A stretch of DNA of 63,392 bases, counting the filler, from Craspedostauros australis (lineage: Eukaryota): the NCBI GenBank assembly GCA_030167865.1. It is 13 parts of 13 records of this genome, joined end to end, with 100 filler letters (N's around TTAATTAATTAA, not from the genome) between each part and the next. Parts side by side here need not be neighbours in the genome. Positions count along the whole stretch, not along the records: positions 10,096 to 15,893 come from JALAGF010004897.1; positions 15,994 to 18,582 come from JALAGF010004899.1; positions 18,683 to 22,328 come from JALAGF010004900.1; positions 22,429 to 29,487 come from JALAGF010004901.1; 9 more parts are not named here. One strand, written 5' to 3'. Below are positions 12,133-25,341 of the stretch, one piece after another. Position numbers and translations under genes: made by a program. Below the pieces are notes generated by a model, which saw nothing but the letters and a program-made list of their open reading frames with translations, was not told where the DNA came from and did not search any database. Numbering within the stretch: position 1 is the first letter of the stretch; every line of letters begins with the position of its first letter.

Positions 12133-13182
12133 CCTGTTCCTCGTCTTTCGTCTTGAGCCTGGGATCGAAGCGCGGTGGGACCTCCTGTCCAGCTTGTTGC
12201 AGTGCTTTCCCTTCTCACCGAAGCACACACTTCCTGTGTTGCTATTTTCGTTGTTGTTGCCAATTCATGGCTGGTAGGTTGCACCCTTACCTGCTCGATC
12301 ATATCACAGTAGGAATCACAGCCAGCGCTCGAACCTGTATCACACAATGCCAATCAGCACCATGTGATCATCTCGATGCCTTCCGTTGCTACTCCTCGCG
12401 TCACAATGGATGTGATGACGACTATGGGCCATGCCCCATCTCTGCGTAGATCTTGATCGTTCTTCATCATATGCTCCCTTCCTGCATGCTGGTGCTCGAT
12501 TGCATGGCACGTGCCATGCACACAGACATTCAGCATCAGCGATCTGTGTTGCTCCTCGCCCATCTCAGCTTCCTTATCTACCGAGTGCTGCCAAGGCAGC
12601 TCCATTCTTGCAGGGATAGGTTGGAAGCTTTCATTGCTTCCTCAATTGCATCTCATTGAGCTCCATCAGCTATCTCGCCCTCATGGCGCAGTCTGCTGAA
12701 TCCGATGCATCCGAGAGCGTGACTTGCTGCATCCGAATCTCTTCTTGCGTGCAGTTCGCTCTCGTGCTCCAACATAGCCTCGAAGGTCTCCGTATGCCTT
12801 CCTCGACTTCATGGTCCCATGACCATGGACAGTTCTTCCAATGCGCGTGTTCCGAGCGCCTCCTTGCTTCCAGCAATGCTTGTAGTGGTTGAAATTGCTT
12901 CAGCTGCAGTCTCCACCCTGCTGGTGGACTCGCGGTGGTGCTCGACTCGATCATCATCATCGTCTTGACATCGTCGTTCATGCGTAGGTTGCCATGCCGA
13001 TCTTGGCGTCCATTGGCAAGGAGCGCCGAGCTCCAGAACCTGTTGTTCTCCTCTCTCTTGACACAGGGGACCATTATTCGCGATGGTCCTGGGTGTAGTT
13101 GATGGTCATGTCGATGATGGTGATGTTGGCTAGTGTTGGTGGTGGTGGAAACGTTGGATTTCAATCATAACGTTTCGAAACG

Positions 13183-13990
13183 TGTTGGAAATCCGGGGTA
13201 ACCCAGTCTCTGGTTAGTAGGAATATCTGATTACCTATTGCTGTTGTTGCATTGTTGGAACTGTGAGAACAAGATCTTCATTTCTTGCATCGTCAAATCC
13301 ATTGCCCATGATACTAGCAGTAGCACCCTGTAGTTGCTCTTGTATTCATCATTGCAAAGCTTGTTCATCATGCACATCTCATCATGCATTCCAGGTGTAT
13401 TTCATCATGTTCATCCATGGTGATTCCCTTCTACACTCCTGCAGTACATGCATGCTGATGTCAAGTTTCACTCTCTTCCGATCCAACATCAATCACCCAT
13501 TCAGTGCACTCTTTCGCATTGTTCACTCACTTTTCTCACATGTTCACCGATGATCACACTTGGGTCAGAACATGATGTTCTGGCACGATCGACTCAATCC
13601 TTCGATGATGTTCCAGTCCGCGCTTTGTTCTCCTTCGGCGGTTCTCTCTCAATCACGTAATCATGTTCTGAGTTCTGAGTGACACAACCATGATAGCGTT
13701 TTCGCATAGATGTTGGGTTCAACTGGTCAACCATCGTGCTTGGAACACTTCGGTGTTCCAGTCTCCCTTTTACATCCAAGGTTCGCCATCTTTGTCCGTC
13801 AGTCATCACGAACACATCATGTCATTCGTCTGTCCGTTGTCCGTCATAATCTTGACACACAGAGGAGGATGGCTCACAATGTCCTTGGGAGTGTGTCCGA
13901 CTTTGGTAGATCGACCAGTCTATTTTTGGTACTATGGGAGGTGCGGTAATCGAGGATATTACGACATAGTTGTACCCTCGATTCCTGACA
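13183..13990 (+). mobile_element. Solo LTR, family B (TGTTGGAAATCCGGGG...GATTCCTGACA)
   Basis: TG...CA ends with short inverted repeats. The start is shared with 24596, 29199 and 19113 (rc). Flanks GAAACG/GAACCA match at 4 of 6 positions. Confidence 0.8.
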
Positions 13991-15780
13991 GAACCAATGC
14001 GCATGTGCTCGTATCTATTCTCCGCACGAGGTAGGGGCAGTCCACCGGAACTATTAGTCCGGAGATGTGGTCCTGTCCTCTCTCTCCCCCTTTGGCGTTC
14101 GCATCCGCCAAGAGTGGAACAACCAAGACCAACGCGCTTATATACAATCGTACAATTTTGTGGAGAATGCCATTGTTGGTCGGAAATAAGCTTCCTGTGC
14201 GAGGACGCACCTGCCACAATTCAGTTCCAGTGCCCTCAGACAGCATCGGCAGTGTTGGAAGCCGTCCCAATCATCACAGCGTTGGACTGGAGACGTGGAT
14301 TTTGTCGTCCACCAAACTGACACTGGACAATACACTCACAAAGTTCCCAGAAGGCTTGCGCACGACGAGTGTCGTGGCAGAAGAGGCGCCAGTCTATATG
14401 AGTTTGTCACGCGAATCCGATCATGGATTTGTGACCTCATTGATAGTTTCATACCGATATTCCGACACGTACGGGACATTCCTGCGCATTGAAAGAGTTT
14501 CTGTTCATTCATCGTGGTAAATATCCTTTTTTATGACATTTCACATATGGCTGTCTGTTTGAACTACTGTGATAGTCTGCGAGTTTGATTCAAACAGACA
14601 GTTGGCGACAGACTTGCAAGCACAAACAGACAATTCAACAACAGATTGCTGTTCTCCGATTCACACGACCAATACAACTCGATGTCGCCATTGATGGATA
14701 CCGATCGCAACGAAGTGAAGGAAAATGCGAACGGCCGGCAGATTCGCAAAGTTGTTGTCGCTCCAACAAGCGAAAAGGGGTAGCTCAGAATCACAAGTCT
14801 GAGCCACCCAGGGTGAGTCGACCCAAAGGTTTGTCATGTGGCCTCATGAAGTCACTTTATGCCCAACCAAGCCAATCATATCATAATCCTTACAGTCTCT
14901 TCATCAAAACTCGCCACATATGTTTGAATAAGGTCGTGTTCTAAATTTATGGACGTGTCAATATGCGTTGTTTCCATCGGGTCCAACACCACAGTATTCC
15001 GCATTATTTCTTGGAAGGTTCTGCGGTGTTCCCCCAATTTATCGTCTGGTGTCCATTCACGCTCTGGAGTCAGAGTTTTTTCTTCCCGTTCGTTCGTTGC
15101 GACGTCTATTTCCGAAGCATAGAAGCGGTACAAACAGCAGCACATTGATGCGTCCATAAAACTTAAAGCACAACCTTGTTCAAAATTGTATGTAGCAATT
15201 TCTAATGAGAATAATATGAGGATGATTAATATATTCTTGGTTTGGATGTGCATAAAGTGATCTTGACAGGCATCACTGCTCCACAAATCTTGGATCGACT
15301 CGCTCGTTGAGAGCTCTTGCACGCGGTATCACCCATCTGACAAATTCACAAGGAAAAGGAGAAGAAGATCGAGGGAGCCTGCGCCATCACAGGGGGACTG
15401 GCACACAATCGAGAACGACAGAAAACAACAACAACACCACAGCAACCATTGCCACCGTCATCAGCGCGATTACGCACAAGGGCAGAAGAAACAACGCCAA
15501 TGACACCAACGACGAAAACGGCAACGGCAGCAGCCGCACCCACCATCGCCATGATCTCGGCAGCTGCGGTCGCTTCATTTGTTTCTCTTGGGACGTTGTG
15601 CGAAAATCCAAACGGCAAAAGTTGACATGCCATCACAACAATCATCCAGTGCGCAAACTCTGAAACTCGATCACCGTCACGTCACAGCACGTCTCGGCCA
15701 GATCGAACCAAACCAATCCGTCAACCACACACATTCACAATCACACACATCAACAACACAATCAACAAGCACCCGTCAGC

Positions 15781-15891
15781 ATGAGAATACACATCATTTC
15801 TGCCGCCGCGGCCGGATTGCTCTGGGCATGCCCGAGCTCCGCATTTCAGATGGCAAGGCCTGTCATCCCGCGTGCCGCAGCTATGCGCAAG
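15781..15891 (+). CDS. First exon of a nucleus-encoded plastid-targeted protein (bipartite presequence), truncated by the gap
   Basis: MRIHIISAAAAGLLWACPSSA-FQMARPVIPRAAAMRK: hydrophobic signal peptide, SSA|F cleavage (ASAFAP type) and a basic transit peptide without acidic residues. GT donor at 15892 and a CA-rich leader upstream. Confidence 0.7.
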
Positions 15892-16049
15892 GTNNNNNNN
15901 NNNNNNNNNNNNNNNNNNNNNNNNNNNNNNNNNNNNNTTAATTAATTAANNNNNNNNNNNNNNNNNNNNNNNNNNNNNNNNNNNNNNNNNNNNAAAGATG
16001 TCAGGAAACGGGCATCAACTCATCAAATGGCAGCTTGTGCCGTCGGCGA

Positions 16050-16170
16050 TATGCCAATGGTTACCAATAATTACCAATAAGTGCCAAAAAAACGGAAATT
16101 AGCCAATAGCCACTAGAGTTATCGCGAGTGCATCAACTGCGATCTGCAGGGGCTTCCGGTAAACTGCCGG
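16050..16170 (+). repeat. Dispersed repeat with TTACCAA motifs; uninterrupted (empty-site) version of the sequence split at 44209/46436
   Basis: AGCCACTAGAGTTATCGCGAGTGCATCAACTGCGA aligns to the reverse complement of 46436-46500 joined to 44160-44209. Confidence 0.75.
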
Positions 16171-16315
16171 ACATGGTGGTCCGGGTGCATTTTAACGGAC
16201 TGACGAACAATGTTAGTCGTGAACGAGATTTTATTAGTCTTGGTTGCCATGTCCTTCAGACATTGTCGTCGCCACTCGCGACTCGTATCTGTACGATGTC
16301 AAAAGATGCCCGAAA

Positions 16316-16446
16316 ATAGGGCACGTTCTCAAACCATGCTCTAAATTAGGGCACCTTTTCAAAACGTGCCTTATATAGGGCATCTTTTCAAAACGTGCCT
16401 TATATAGGGCACCTTTTCAAAACGTGCCCTAAATAGGGCACCTTTT
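16316..16446. repeat. Tandem ~29-bp repeat (~4.5 copies) with internal GGCAC...GTGCC dyad
   Basis: Unit TAGGGCACCTTTTCAAAACGTGCCTTATA. A second ~31-bp duplication (TTCACTAACCAGGTCGTTTT) lies at ~16577-16632. Confidence 0.85.
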
Positions 16447-16678
16447 CTCCCTCATCCACACGTCGCTGTTCGCAGCCGATTGGACGACAGAAAGAGCAAG
16501 AGCAAATCCCGCGCAACAACGCGACGACAGAGGATTATCAAAGTCATGTCACGCCAAGATGACGATAAGTATTGAGCAAATTCACTAACCAGGTCGTTTT
16601 TGAGGCCAAAGTTCACTAACCAGGTCGTTTTGGTGCCTGGCACGATGATTGGATCAATGAAATGGCCGGCGTATCACT

Positions 16679-18160
16679 GGAGGTGGTTGTAAGGGTCATA
16701 ATTTCATAATCTGGGCCTCTCGACCAATCATATCGCTCCATTTAGGGCACAAGATACCTTTCGGCTCCTCGTTGAATTGGGGGTCAACGTCGACATAACG
16801 TCAATCGAAATAATTATGAACTCATTGTCCGCGAATATGAACGCTCCTCGGAGACCGTTCATAATTTCATAATCTCTCTGACGAGTCGTGGTAGTCCAAA
16901 ATTCGTTCTCAACGGCTGCATCGGAGCAAAACTTCGTGCTCACACCAGATTGATCCGATGTGCTCTACTGCAAATTGATTATTCGTGCCCACCCATCGCA
17001 TCGCAACTCTCTGTTGCAGTTCAACTCTTTCTTTACATGCACCTAGTGTAACTCTGTATTTATCATCTGATGAGCTCCGGCGGATCATATCTTCCCCCAC
17101 CATCATGACTTCCACCCTCCAGTATCATCGCTGGCACCAGGCTGCCTTGATTTCTGTCTTCTTTGTCATTCTCAAGCATCTTGCTGCACAGCAGTGCCTC
17201 CTCATGTGTGCTGTGGCGCACTGCATCCTCAACACCATGCCAACAAGTGTGCGGAGGGGTCGGTACCTCAGCTCAAGCATCTTCCATCATCAAGCACTAT
17301 CTTTCAGGTCTTTGATTTGAGAGCATGGCGACTTCATGGAGTTCTACAACTTCATTGGCCTCACCAGGCCATCGTTCGATCGATTGGCATAACTGCTATA
17401 GCCTGGCATTGAAGCGTTGCCTGTCGATCCGTGAGACACGGCGCCACCACGACCATCATATATTCTCTGTTGTAAGTTTGACTACATCGATGTCACTGCC
17501 ATTGCAATGGAGTATCTGGCTTCCAAGTCAGAATTGTAGAACCATTTCTGGTAGGATCTGCCTTCGTTGGAAGGTTGGAAGAGATCTTGGAGGACGTAGG
17601 GAGCAATAGAATGGCAGAGGCTGAAGTTGAGGCAACGGAAGAGCACTCTCGCGAAACAGGGACTATGGATGACAATTGTAACCTGACATACGAAGCAATG
17701 ACTCTTGAGAAGAAAGCAAAGGAAGATGTGGAATACATCAACGATACCCAGAAGCAAAGAAGGTGTGGGTGGGAAGCTACAATGGCCATTTGTATCATCA
17801 AAGCATTAACAATGAGACAATAAGCAAGCAAACGATTGCGCTGAATGCTGCGATGGTTGGGATAGGTACGTGGAGCGTTCAATGAATGAAGGAGTGGACA
17901 CCAGCAGCACAGCCAATGGAGAAAGGAAGACAGAGGGAAGCAGGAAAGCGACGACGCTTGGAGAGTAGTATGGAGATGAACTGCAGATGGCACGGAGCGA
18001 CACATACGTACATACAAGAATATTCATCTGGTATATGGCAGTTGAAAACTGCACTTAGACAAGACACATGTATTTGCGAATGTGTGAAGCAGCAAGAGAT
18101 GTGCGACACTGAAGCTGTGAATGTGTCAACATACGACCCCATTCAGCGAGGTCGAGCATA
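16679..18160 (+). mobile_element. Degenerate PIF/Harbinger-superfamily DNA transposon (left end plus transposase remnant)
   Basis: ACT|GGAGGTGGTTGT...CATAATTTCATAAT matches the left end at 44213. The stop-riddled + frame GDFMEFYNFIGLTRPSFDRL...IDVTAIAMEYL is homologous to 45757-46100. No right TIR was seen. Confidence 0.65.
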
Positions 18161-18472
18161 ATCCTGTCAATGTTGTCCAGTAGGGTTAGATATATTTAGA
18201 TAGCTCTTACAACACTAATACATGGCTTGTCCTCACTGTGGACAAGAATGATGTCATCAATGTTGGTCGATATCAGACTGCGATGGTATCCAACAGAGTG
18301 GGTAGCGATGTTGTGACAGCTTCAGTGTCGTGTTGATTCCTCATGTTGTGGACGATTGGGCTCTGTTGTGCGTTTCCTCCCTTGTACGTGTTGTGTCAAG
18401 TAGCACAGGGTTGTTTTTGGCATCCCTACACATTCACGTCTACATTCACGGCAACAGCAGCAGCAGCTTCGC

Positions 18473-18582
18473 CAGATCGACTGGCGTACATACAAGATGG
18501 CGCGACAATCCAAGATGAACCGTGGGTCCACGCGTTTCATCTCCAAGTGGGCCTCGGGCTTTGTGGGCGTCAACCACAAACT
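18473..18582 (+). mobile_element. 5'-truncated fragment of a non-LTR retrotransposon related to 30128-33840
   Basis: QIDWRTYKMARQSKMNRGSTRFISKWASGFVGVNHK aligns with VDWESYQGSRASKKRQETSKFMTKWSSGFVGVGRK at ~32965-33070. Confidence 0.8.
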
Positions 18583-18682
18583 NNNNNNNNNNNNNNNNNN
18601 NNNNNNNNNNNNNNNNNNNNNNNNNNTTAATTAATTAANNNNNNNNNNNNNNNNNNNNNNNNNNNNNNNNNNNNNNNNNNNN

Positions 18683-19113
18683 GAGAACAAAGCGCGGACT
18701 GGAACAACATCGAAGGACTGGACTGATCGTGCCAGAACTCCATGTTCTGACCAAGTGTGATTGTCGATGAGCATGTGAGAGGAGTGAGTGAACAACACGG
18801 ATGAGTGTACTGAATGAGTGATGGATGTCTGATGAGAAGAGAATGAATCAAGCATCAGCATGCATGCACCTCAGGAGTGTAGACCGATATCTCAGGAGAC
18901 AAGCATGGTGAAATGCACTTGTCATGAGCAATGAAATGGGCATGACAGAGAGAGATTGCAATGATGATTGTGAGGGGCAACTACAGGAGGCCACCAACAG
19001 CATCATGGGCAAACGAGTTGACGATCTGAGAAATGAGTGTGTTGTTCTCACAGTTCTAAAACGGTACAGTTTAATAAGCATTAGACTATATCTATAACCC
19101 CGGATTTCCAACA
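18683..19113 (-). mobile_element. LTR family B, partial, inserted into a Copia protease region
   Basis: Reverse complement of ~13183-13632. Ends CCCCGGATTTCCAACA directly against pol coding sequence. Confidence 0.85.
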
Positions 19114-22100
19114 CACAAAGTCCTTCGTCCAAGTGGGAGACAGCACGAAGCTAGACTCTCCCAAAATGGGATCCATTCGCTTGAAGGTCAAGCAACGAGA
19201 CAATACTGGCCACATCATCCGGCTCGACGATGTGAAGTACACACCGAAAATGGCGGTGAACCTTTTCTCTACGAACAAGGCTCTGTACAACGGATATCAG
19301 CTTGGTAACAACGGCATTCTGATGGACATCATCAACGGATCTGGAACGAAGATCGTGTTCGACCGAGTCTTCCCTACATCCAACGGATTCATCACGGGAG
19401 TGCAGATGCATCCCATCATGCCAACGGACGACAACAAGGCTTGCACAGCCATCATCAAGAATCCATCCAAGGAGATCAGCACAGTGAACTTGCATCGAAT
19501 GCTCGGCCACGCGCCACTCGAGACCATGAAGTGGACGGCCGCTCAGTACGGATGGAAGATCATCGGCGAGATGCCGGTATGTCGCGACTGCGCGGTCGCG
19601 AACGCAAGAGTCAAGAATATTCCGAAGGCAACCATTCCGAGAGCAACTCGCCGTGGCGAACGACTCTTCATTGACATTAGCTACACTAAACACATAAGCT
19701 TCGGAGATAAACGCTACTGGACCCTGATCGTGGACGACTGCACGGATCACTGCTGGAGTTTCTTTCTCAAGAACAAGAGTGACCAACCAGGATACATCCA
19801 ACGATTCGTCCAGACGATCAAATCACAGACTGGTGATCAACAAATCATCTTCCGTGGAGACAACAGCGGAGAGAACAAATCCACGCAGGATACTCTCATC
19901 GATGCAGGACTCAACGTGAAATTCGAATTCACGGCATCGAACACGCCGCAACAGAACAGCAGAGTGGAACGCAAGTTCGCGTATCTCTATACCAAGATCC
20001 GCTCCATGCTCAACGGAGCACAGCTCGACGAAGAGTATAGGCATGGCCTGTGGGCAGCAGCTGCAAGCACTGCCACCGCCATCGCCAACATCACCGTAGC
20101 GAAGAATCAGAAGGAGTCACCACATCAACAATTCTTCGGCAGCGATCCACCATATGCGGATGCACTCCGCACATTCGGAGAGGTAGGTGTTGTGAAGACT
20201 ACCTACGGCGGGATCACCGCCAAACTCAAGAATAGAGGAGAAGAGATGGTGTTTATTGGATATACACACCAACATGCATCAGGGGTCTACAACATGTACA
20301 GACCATCGACCAAGTCGCTAGTCTGCTCTCGCGACATCAAGTGGCTCAACCAATCATACGGACAGTTCCGTGGCTGGGCACCAGCACCGAACATATCCAG
20401 CGAAGTAGGAACGACAGACGCAGACGGCTTCACAATCATTGGACGGAAGGGAGCAATGCCAAAGACGGCAATGCGTCAAGTATCAGAAGCGAAGAGAGTA
20501 TCTTTCGCTGACAGCAACAGGTATCACATCCTATCAGACAGTGACGATGAGGATGATGAGGACGATGAAGTAGTGACCCAACTAATCCATAACGACAAGG
20601 AAGATCGGAGCGAATCCAATCATGAGGATGACGAGATCACACCATCCGGCGACGGAGTCGACGATGACACAGGCGCAACTCCTCCGAACACACCAACGAG
20701 GTCTACACATGACACACCATCCAAACCTCCACCAAGCAAACCAAGTAAGCGTGACACAACTAGAAAGGAGAGAATCTGACGTCATGAAGCACGAGGCAGG
20801 AAGGGAGAAGCTAACCCCAATCCAACTACAGGGAAGAGTATTTCCAGAGCTCTGCGTGAGCTCGCAGACTTCAACGAACGAGGTTAAAAGGAAGAAGGCT
20901 ATGAGAGTAAGTCATCATCCAATGAAGACAGTGACGAATTGAGTGATGAGATAACTGATGAGTCCAACAACGAAACTACAGATGACGAAGAAATCGTAGA
21001 CGAAGATGAAGAGATCGAGATCACTCATCATAGCACAACTGGACTATACGGGATGAACGCAATCATCACCGAGGCACCAGCGATCGACATCGGACTGTCG
21101 ATGCAGGACGAGAACAAAGAACCAGAGAAGCACATCAAACCAACAACATTCGATGGAGCCTTCAATCATCCGGATCCCATCCATCAAAAGGGATATCGAG
21201 CAGCCATCAACAAGGAGTTCGACTCCATGGATACACGAAAGGTGTACAGCAAGATCAAACGAGACGCCATTCCACGTGGCCGCAGATGCTGCAAATGCAA
21301 ATGGGTCTTTAAGTTGAAGCGCGACGGCACACATCGAGCACGGCTCGTTGCATGTGGCTATTCACAAGTTGCAGGAGTAGACTTCCAAGAGCATTACTCA
21401 CCCGTCATCCATGACGTGACCTATCGGGTCATGATGGTGATCATGCTAATCAAGAAGATGGACTGCGCGCTCGTCGATGTCGTAACGGCATTCCTACACG
21501 GAGACCTCGACGAGGAGATCTACATGAACTGTCCCAACGGGATGGATCATCAACCAGACGAAGCCCTGACCCTACACAAGCCAATCTATGGACTTGTACA
21601 AAGCGCCAGGCAATGGTTCAAGATGTTGGTATCGACCCTCAAGAATATCAACTTCGAACAGAGCGCAGCGGACCCGTGCCTGTTCTACAGGAAGACGAAC
21701 GAAGGAAGCATGATCGTGGCCATCTACGTGGACGATTGCTTCTGNNNNNNNNNNNNNNNNNNNNNNNNNNNNNNNCTGAAGGACATCCAAGGCAGCAAGT
21801 TCAAGGTGACAATCGAGCGCGGACTCGGAGACTACCTCAGCTGCAACATCGAACTGAACCACGACAAGACCAGAGCGACATTGCGTCAACCACATCTCAT
21901 CCGACACCTCATTGAAGAGTTCGGAACCAAGGTTGAAAAGATGCAACGCTATGGGACACCGGGAACTCCAGGTCAAATCATTGTACGACCATCCAAAGAC
22001 AACGGACTACAGAAGGTCGGACCAGAAGAACATGCCGAATACCGCCGAGGCGTCGGTATGCTACTCTTCCTCATCAAGCACTCGCGACCAGATATCGCGA

Positions 22101-22328
22101 ACCCTGTGNNNNNNNNNNNNNNNNNNNNNATCGGGCCCACCAAGGCCGCAATGAAGGAGATGTATCGGATCATCAAGTATGTGATCGATACAAAGGACTA
22201 TGGATTGAAGATCAATCCAGCACGTCCAGACGACGACGGCTGGTATATGGAGCTCTTCTGCGATAGCGAATATGCAGGAGACAAGAACACGAGAATCAGC
22301 GTAGGAGGGTTCATCCTATACCTGTGCA
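19114..22328 (+). mobile_element. Ty1/Copia pol (end of protease, integrase, RT, start of RNase H), inactivated
   Basis: LHRMLGH...CRDC, RLFIDI, FRGDNSGE, TPQQNSRVERK; RT CKWVFKLK, ARLVACGYSQ, DVVTAFLHG, IYGLVQSARQW, YVDD; RNase H FCDSEYAGD. The two ORFs share one frame broken by TGA at 20777 and TAA near 20885. Confidence 0.95.
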
Positions 22329-22536
22329 NNNNNNNNNNNNNNNNNNNNNNNNNNNNNNNNNNNNNNNNNNNNTTAATTAATTAANNNNNNNNNNNNNNNN
22401 NNNNNNNNNNNNNNNNNNNNNNNNNNNNGCCCGTCGCATTGATCACATCTGAGCAACAAGCCGTTCCATCACGAAACACACCTGCTCCAGCAAGGTCTTC
22501 ATCCTTCCACGCCTCCTTACGCTCTTCGCCTCACCA

Positions 22537-24483
22537 ATGCGCAACCACAACCACCAAGTCCGGACATCACTATCCACAGCCTCACCGTCTCTCATTCCGC
22601 TCAAGTCGACTCCTGGTGATGCATCCAACCCGACCGTCACCAACCAGGATCTCCTTCGCGCCGCAGAACAGGGAGATGTGGACACCCTCACTGCGTGGAA
22701 GACGGCATTTCCACAAACCTCCATCGACACGATCAAGGATAGCCGCGACAAGACTCCACTCCACCTCGCATGCTCCAACAGCCAACTTGAAACGATCAAA
22801 CAGTTGGTGGAGTCATGTGGAGCGGACGTCAATGCCCAATCCATGAATGGAGAGACTGCGCTACACTATGCATGCGCACAGGGCAACCTCGATGTCGTGG
22901 AATACCTAGCTGGGTCGCATTCTTCAGATGCCAACCTCCAGGACAACTCCGGCAAGGTGGCACTCCACGACGCATGTACCAAGGGACATGTGGCCATCGT
23001 GAAGACTCTGATCGAGTCATATTCTGCAAGCGCTTTCGTGCAAGATAAGAAGGGTGAGAATGCCCTCCATGCTGCGTGTCTTCATGGACACTTGGATGTT
23101 GTGGAGTACCTCGTTGGATCATGTGGAGTGGACATCAATGTGCAAGATGATTTCGGCAATACTGCGATCCACAATGTGTGTCTGAAGGGTCATCTTGCTG
23201 TTTTGAAGTATGTGATGGAGACCCGTACTGTGTCCATCGACGTCCAGAACAATGACGGCGATACCGCGCTTCATGTTGCATACAGAAATGGGCATATGGA
23301 TGTTGCAGAGTACCTGGTGAAGTCGTGCAAGGCAGATGTTCATGTTGAGAATGACGCTGGTGGCACGGCTCTTCAGTCTGCATATTCCAAAGGCCCTCTG
23401 GATGTTGTGAGATGGTTGGTGGAGTCAGGTCAGGTGGACATCAATGCCAAAGACCGGAATGGCAACACTGTCCTTCACTACGCAAGTGCTGGAGGTCATC
23501 TGGATGTGGTGGAGTATTTGGTGGACTTAGACGACCTGATGGTGGATGGCAACGCCAAGAACAACTATGGCAACACTGTCCTTCACTACGCAAGTGCTGG
23601 AGATCATCTGGATGTGGTGGAGTATTTGTCGAAGTCAGACGACCTGACGGTGGATGGCAACGCCAAGAACAACGATGGCAACACTGTCCTTCACTGCGCA
23701 AGTGCTGGAGGTCATCTGGATGTGGTGGAGTACTTGTTGAAGTCAGACGACCTGATGGTGGATAGCAACGCCGAGAACAACAATGGCAACACTGCCCTTC
23801 ACTGCGCAAGTGCTGGGGGTCATTTGGATGTGGTGAAGCATTTGGTGGACTCAGGCGACCTGATGGTGGATGGCAATACCAAGACTAAGGCTGGCAACAC
23901 TGCACTCCATCTTGCAACCGCGCATGGGCATCTGGATGTTGTGAAGTGGCTGGTTGAATCCGTCAAGGCCAATATCAACGCTGAGAACGACAAACACGAG
24001 ACTCCACTCTTCAAGGCATATCGCAACAGCCACTTCGATACTGTCAAGTATCTTATCGCAGCACCCGATGTTGATTTGAACGTCACAGACCAGGAAGGCG
24101 ACACCATCCTCCATCGTGCAAGCGCTGAAGGCAATCTCGACGTTGCGAAGTTGTGGGTCGAACAAGGCAAGGCAGATGTCAACATCAAAACCAACAATCA
24201 TGGCAGCACTGCACTGCACTGTGCGTGCTTCAAAGGTAGATTGGAGGTCGTGAAGTATTTGGTAGAATGTTGCAATGCAGAAATCGACATCCAAAACAGG
24301 GATGGCAGAACTCCACTTTGGCGGGCAAGTTGGAGAGGTAAATTGGAGGTGGTCAAGTACTTGGTGGAATCGTGCAACGCAGACATCAGCATCAAGGATC
24401 ACAGTGGCGACACTGCCCTGGATATTGCGAAAGCAATTGGCCACACTGATATTGTCGACTGCTTGACCCCTCTTGCAAGATGA
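22537..24483 (+). CDS. Ankyrin-repeat protein (~18 repeats), 648 aa
   Basis: Repeated G-x-T-A/P-L-H-x-A...G-H-L-D-V-V-x-Y-L motif. Four near-identical 108-bp units at ~23461-23892. Confidence 0.95.
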   Translation: MRNHNHQVRTSLSTASPSLIPLKSTPGDASNPTVTNQDLLRAAEQGDVDTLTAWKTAFPQTSIDTIKDSRDKTPLHLACSNSQLETIKQLVESCGADVNAQSMNGETALHYACAQGNLDVVEYLAGSHSSDANLQDNSGKVALHDACTKGHVAIVKTLIESYSASAFVQDKKGENALHAACLHGHLDVVEYLVGSCGVDINVQDDFGNTAIHNVCLKGHLAVLKYVMETRTVSIDVQNNDGDTALHVAYRNGHMDVAEYLVKSCKADVHVENDAGGTALQSAYSKGPLDVVRWLVESGQVDINAKDRNGNTVLHYASAGGHLDVVEYLVDLDDLMVDGNAKNNYGNTVLHYASAGDHLDVVEYLSKSDDLTVDGNAKNNDGNTVLHCASAGGHLDVVEYLLKSDDLMVDSNAENNNGNTALHCASAGGHLDVVKHLVDSGDLMVDGNTKTKAGNTALHLATAHGHLDVVKWLVESVKANINAENDKHETPLFKAYRNSHFDTVKYLIAAPDVDLNVTDQEGDTILHRASAEGNLDVAKLWVEQGKADVNIKTNNHGSTALHCACFKGRLEVVKYLVECCNAEIDIQNRDGRTPLWRASWRGKLEVVKYLVESCNADISIKDHSGDTALDIAKAIGHTDIVDCLTPLAR

Positions 24484-24595
24484 GAGCATCGCTGTAAATT
24501 GGACAAGAACCAACCAACCACCCATCAAAGTAGTCTCGCTTGGCAGCTGTCAAGTGCTTCACATCCATCGTTGACATAAATCAGTCGTCACTATT

Positions 24596-25341
24596 TGTTG
24601 GAAATCCGGGGTTATAGTTAGTACTAAATTCTAATCTGCTGTTAGAAACTGTACCGTTTTAGAACTGTGAGCACAATCTCACTTTCTCTTCCGATTTCGT
24701 CTGCATGGCAGGCATCTGTCGCGGTGGCGACACGGGGCATCCTGTTGTCTCTTAGGTGCTTCTCTCTTCATTCATCATGCTCTGTTCTTGCTTCCTTGTC
24801 TCTGCATCGTTGTAGCTGTCTACGCTTGCATGGTACGGATCTGCAGTCTTGAGCTCTTGCCTATCTCATGTTTCCGTCATTGATCTCATGACACCATCAT
24901 CTCATGGTCGATGTCACTTTTGGTGATGTTCCAAACCTGCAGTTGTTCTGATCCTTTCTGATGTTCCAAACCTGCGGATGTTCTTGTCCGCAGGAGGGGC
25001 GCGTGCTGTCCTCTGAAGAAGGTGCGTCACCTGCTCATGGACTTACCGTTCTGATCGACGTCGTCGTCTGCATGGTTGCCATGGTTGGCTTGGTATCGGG
25101 ACTTCCTGATCTGCCATGGGTGTCGTCCTTGCGTTACTGGAGGACAGGCTATCTTCCTCATGGTAGTACAGGTATCAATCGCGTCCGTACCCTTAGTCAT
25201 AGTCATATTGACCTGGCATATAAAGGTGTGACATATAGTCTCAGAACATGTGACGAATAATATTCAAAGCTGTGACGAACAATGTTGGGAGGTGCGGCAA
25301 TCACGGATATTCCGACAAAGTCGTACCCTCAATTCCTAACA
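24596..25341 (+). mobile_element. Solo LTR, family B, 746 bp, with 6-bp TSD ACTATT
   Basis: TGTTGGAAATC...AATTCCTAACA, with ACTATT at 24590-24595 and 25342-25347. Confidence 0.9.

Noticed and set aside
12133..13182. Possible TPR-like pseudogene; also broken frames at 14000-15300 and 43333-44150
   Set aside because: Too degenerate to assign by eye.
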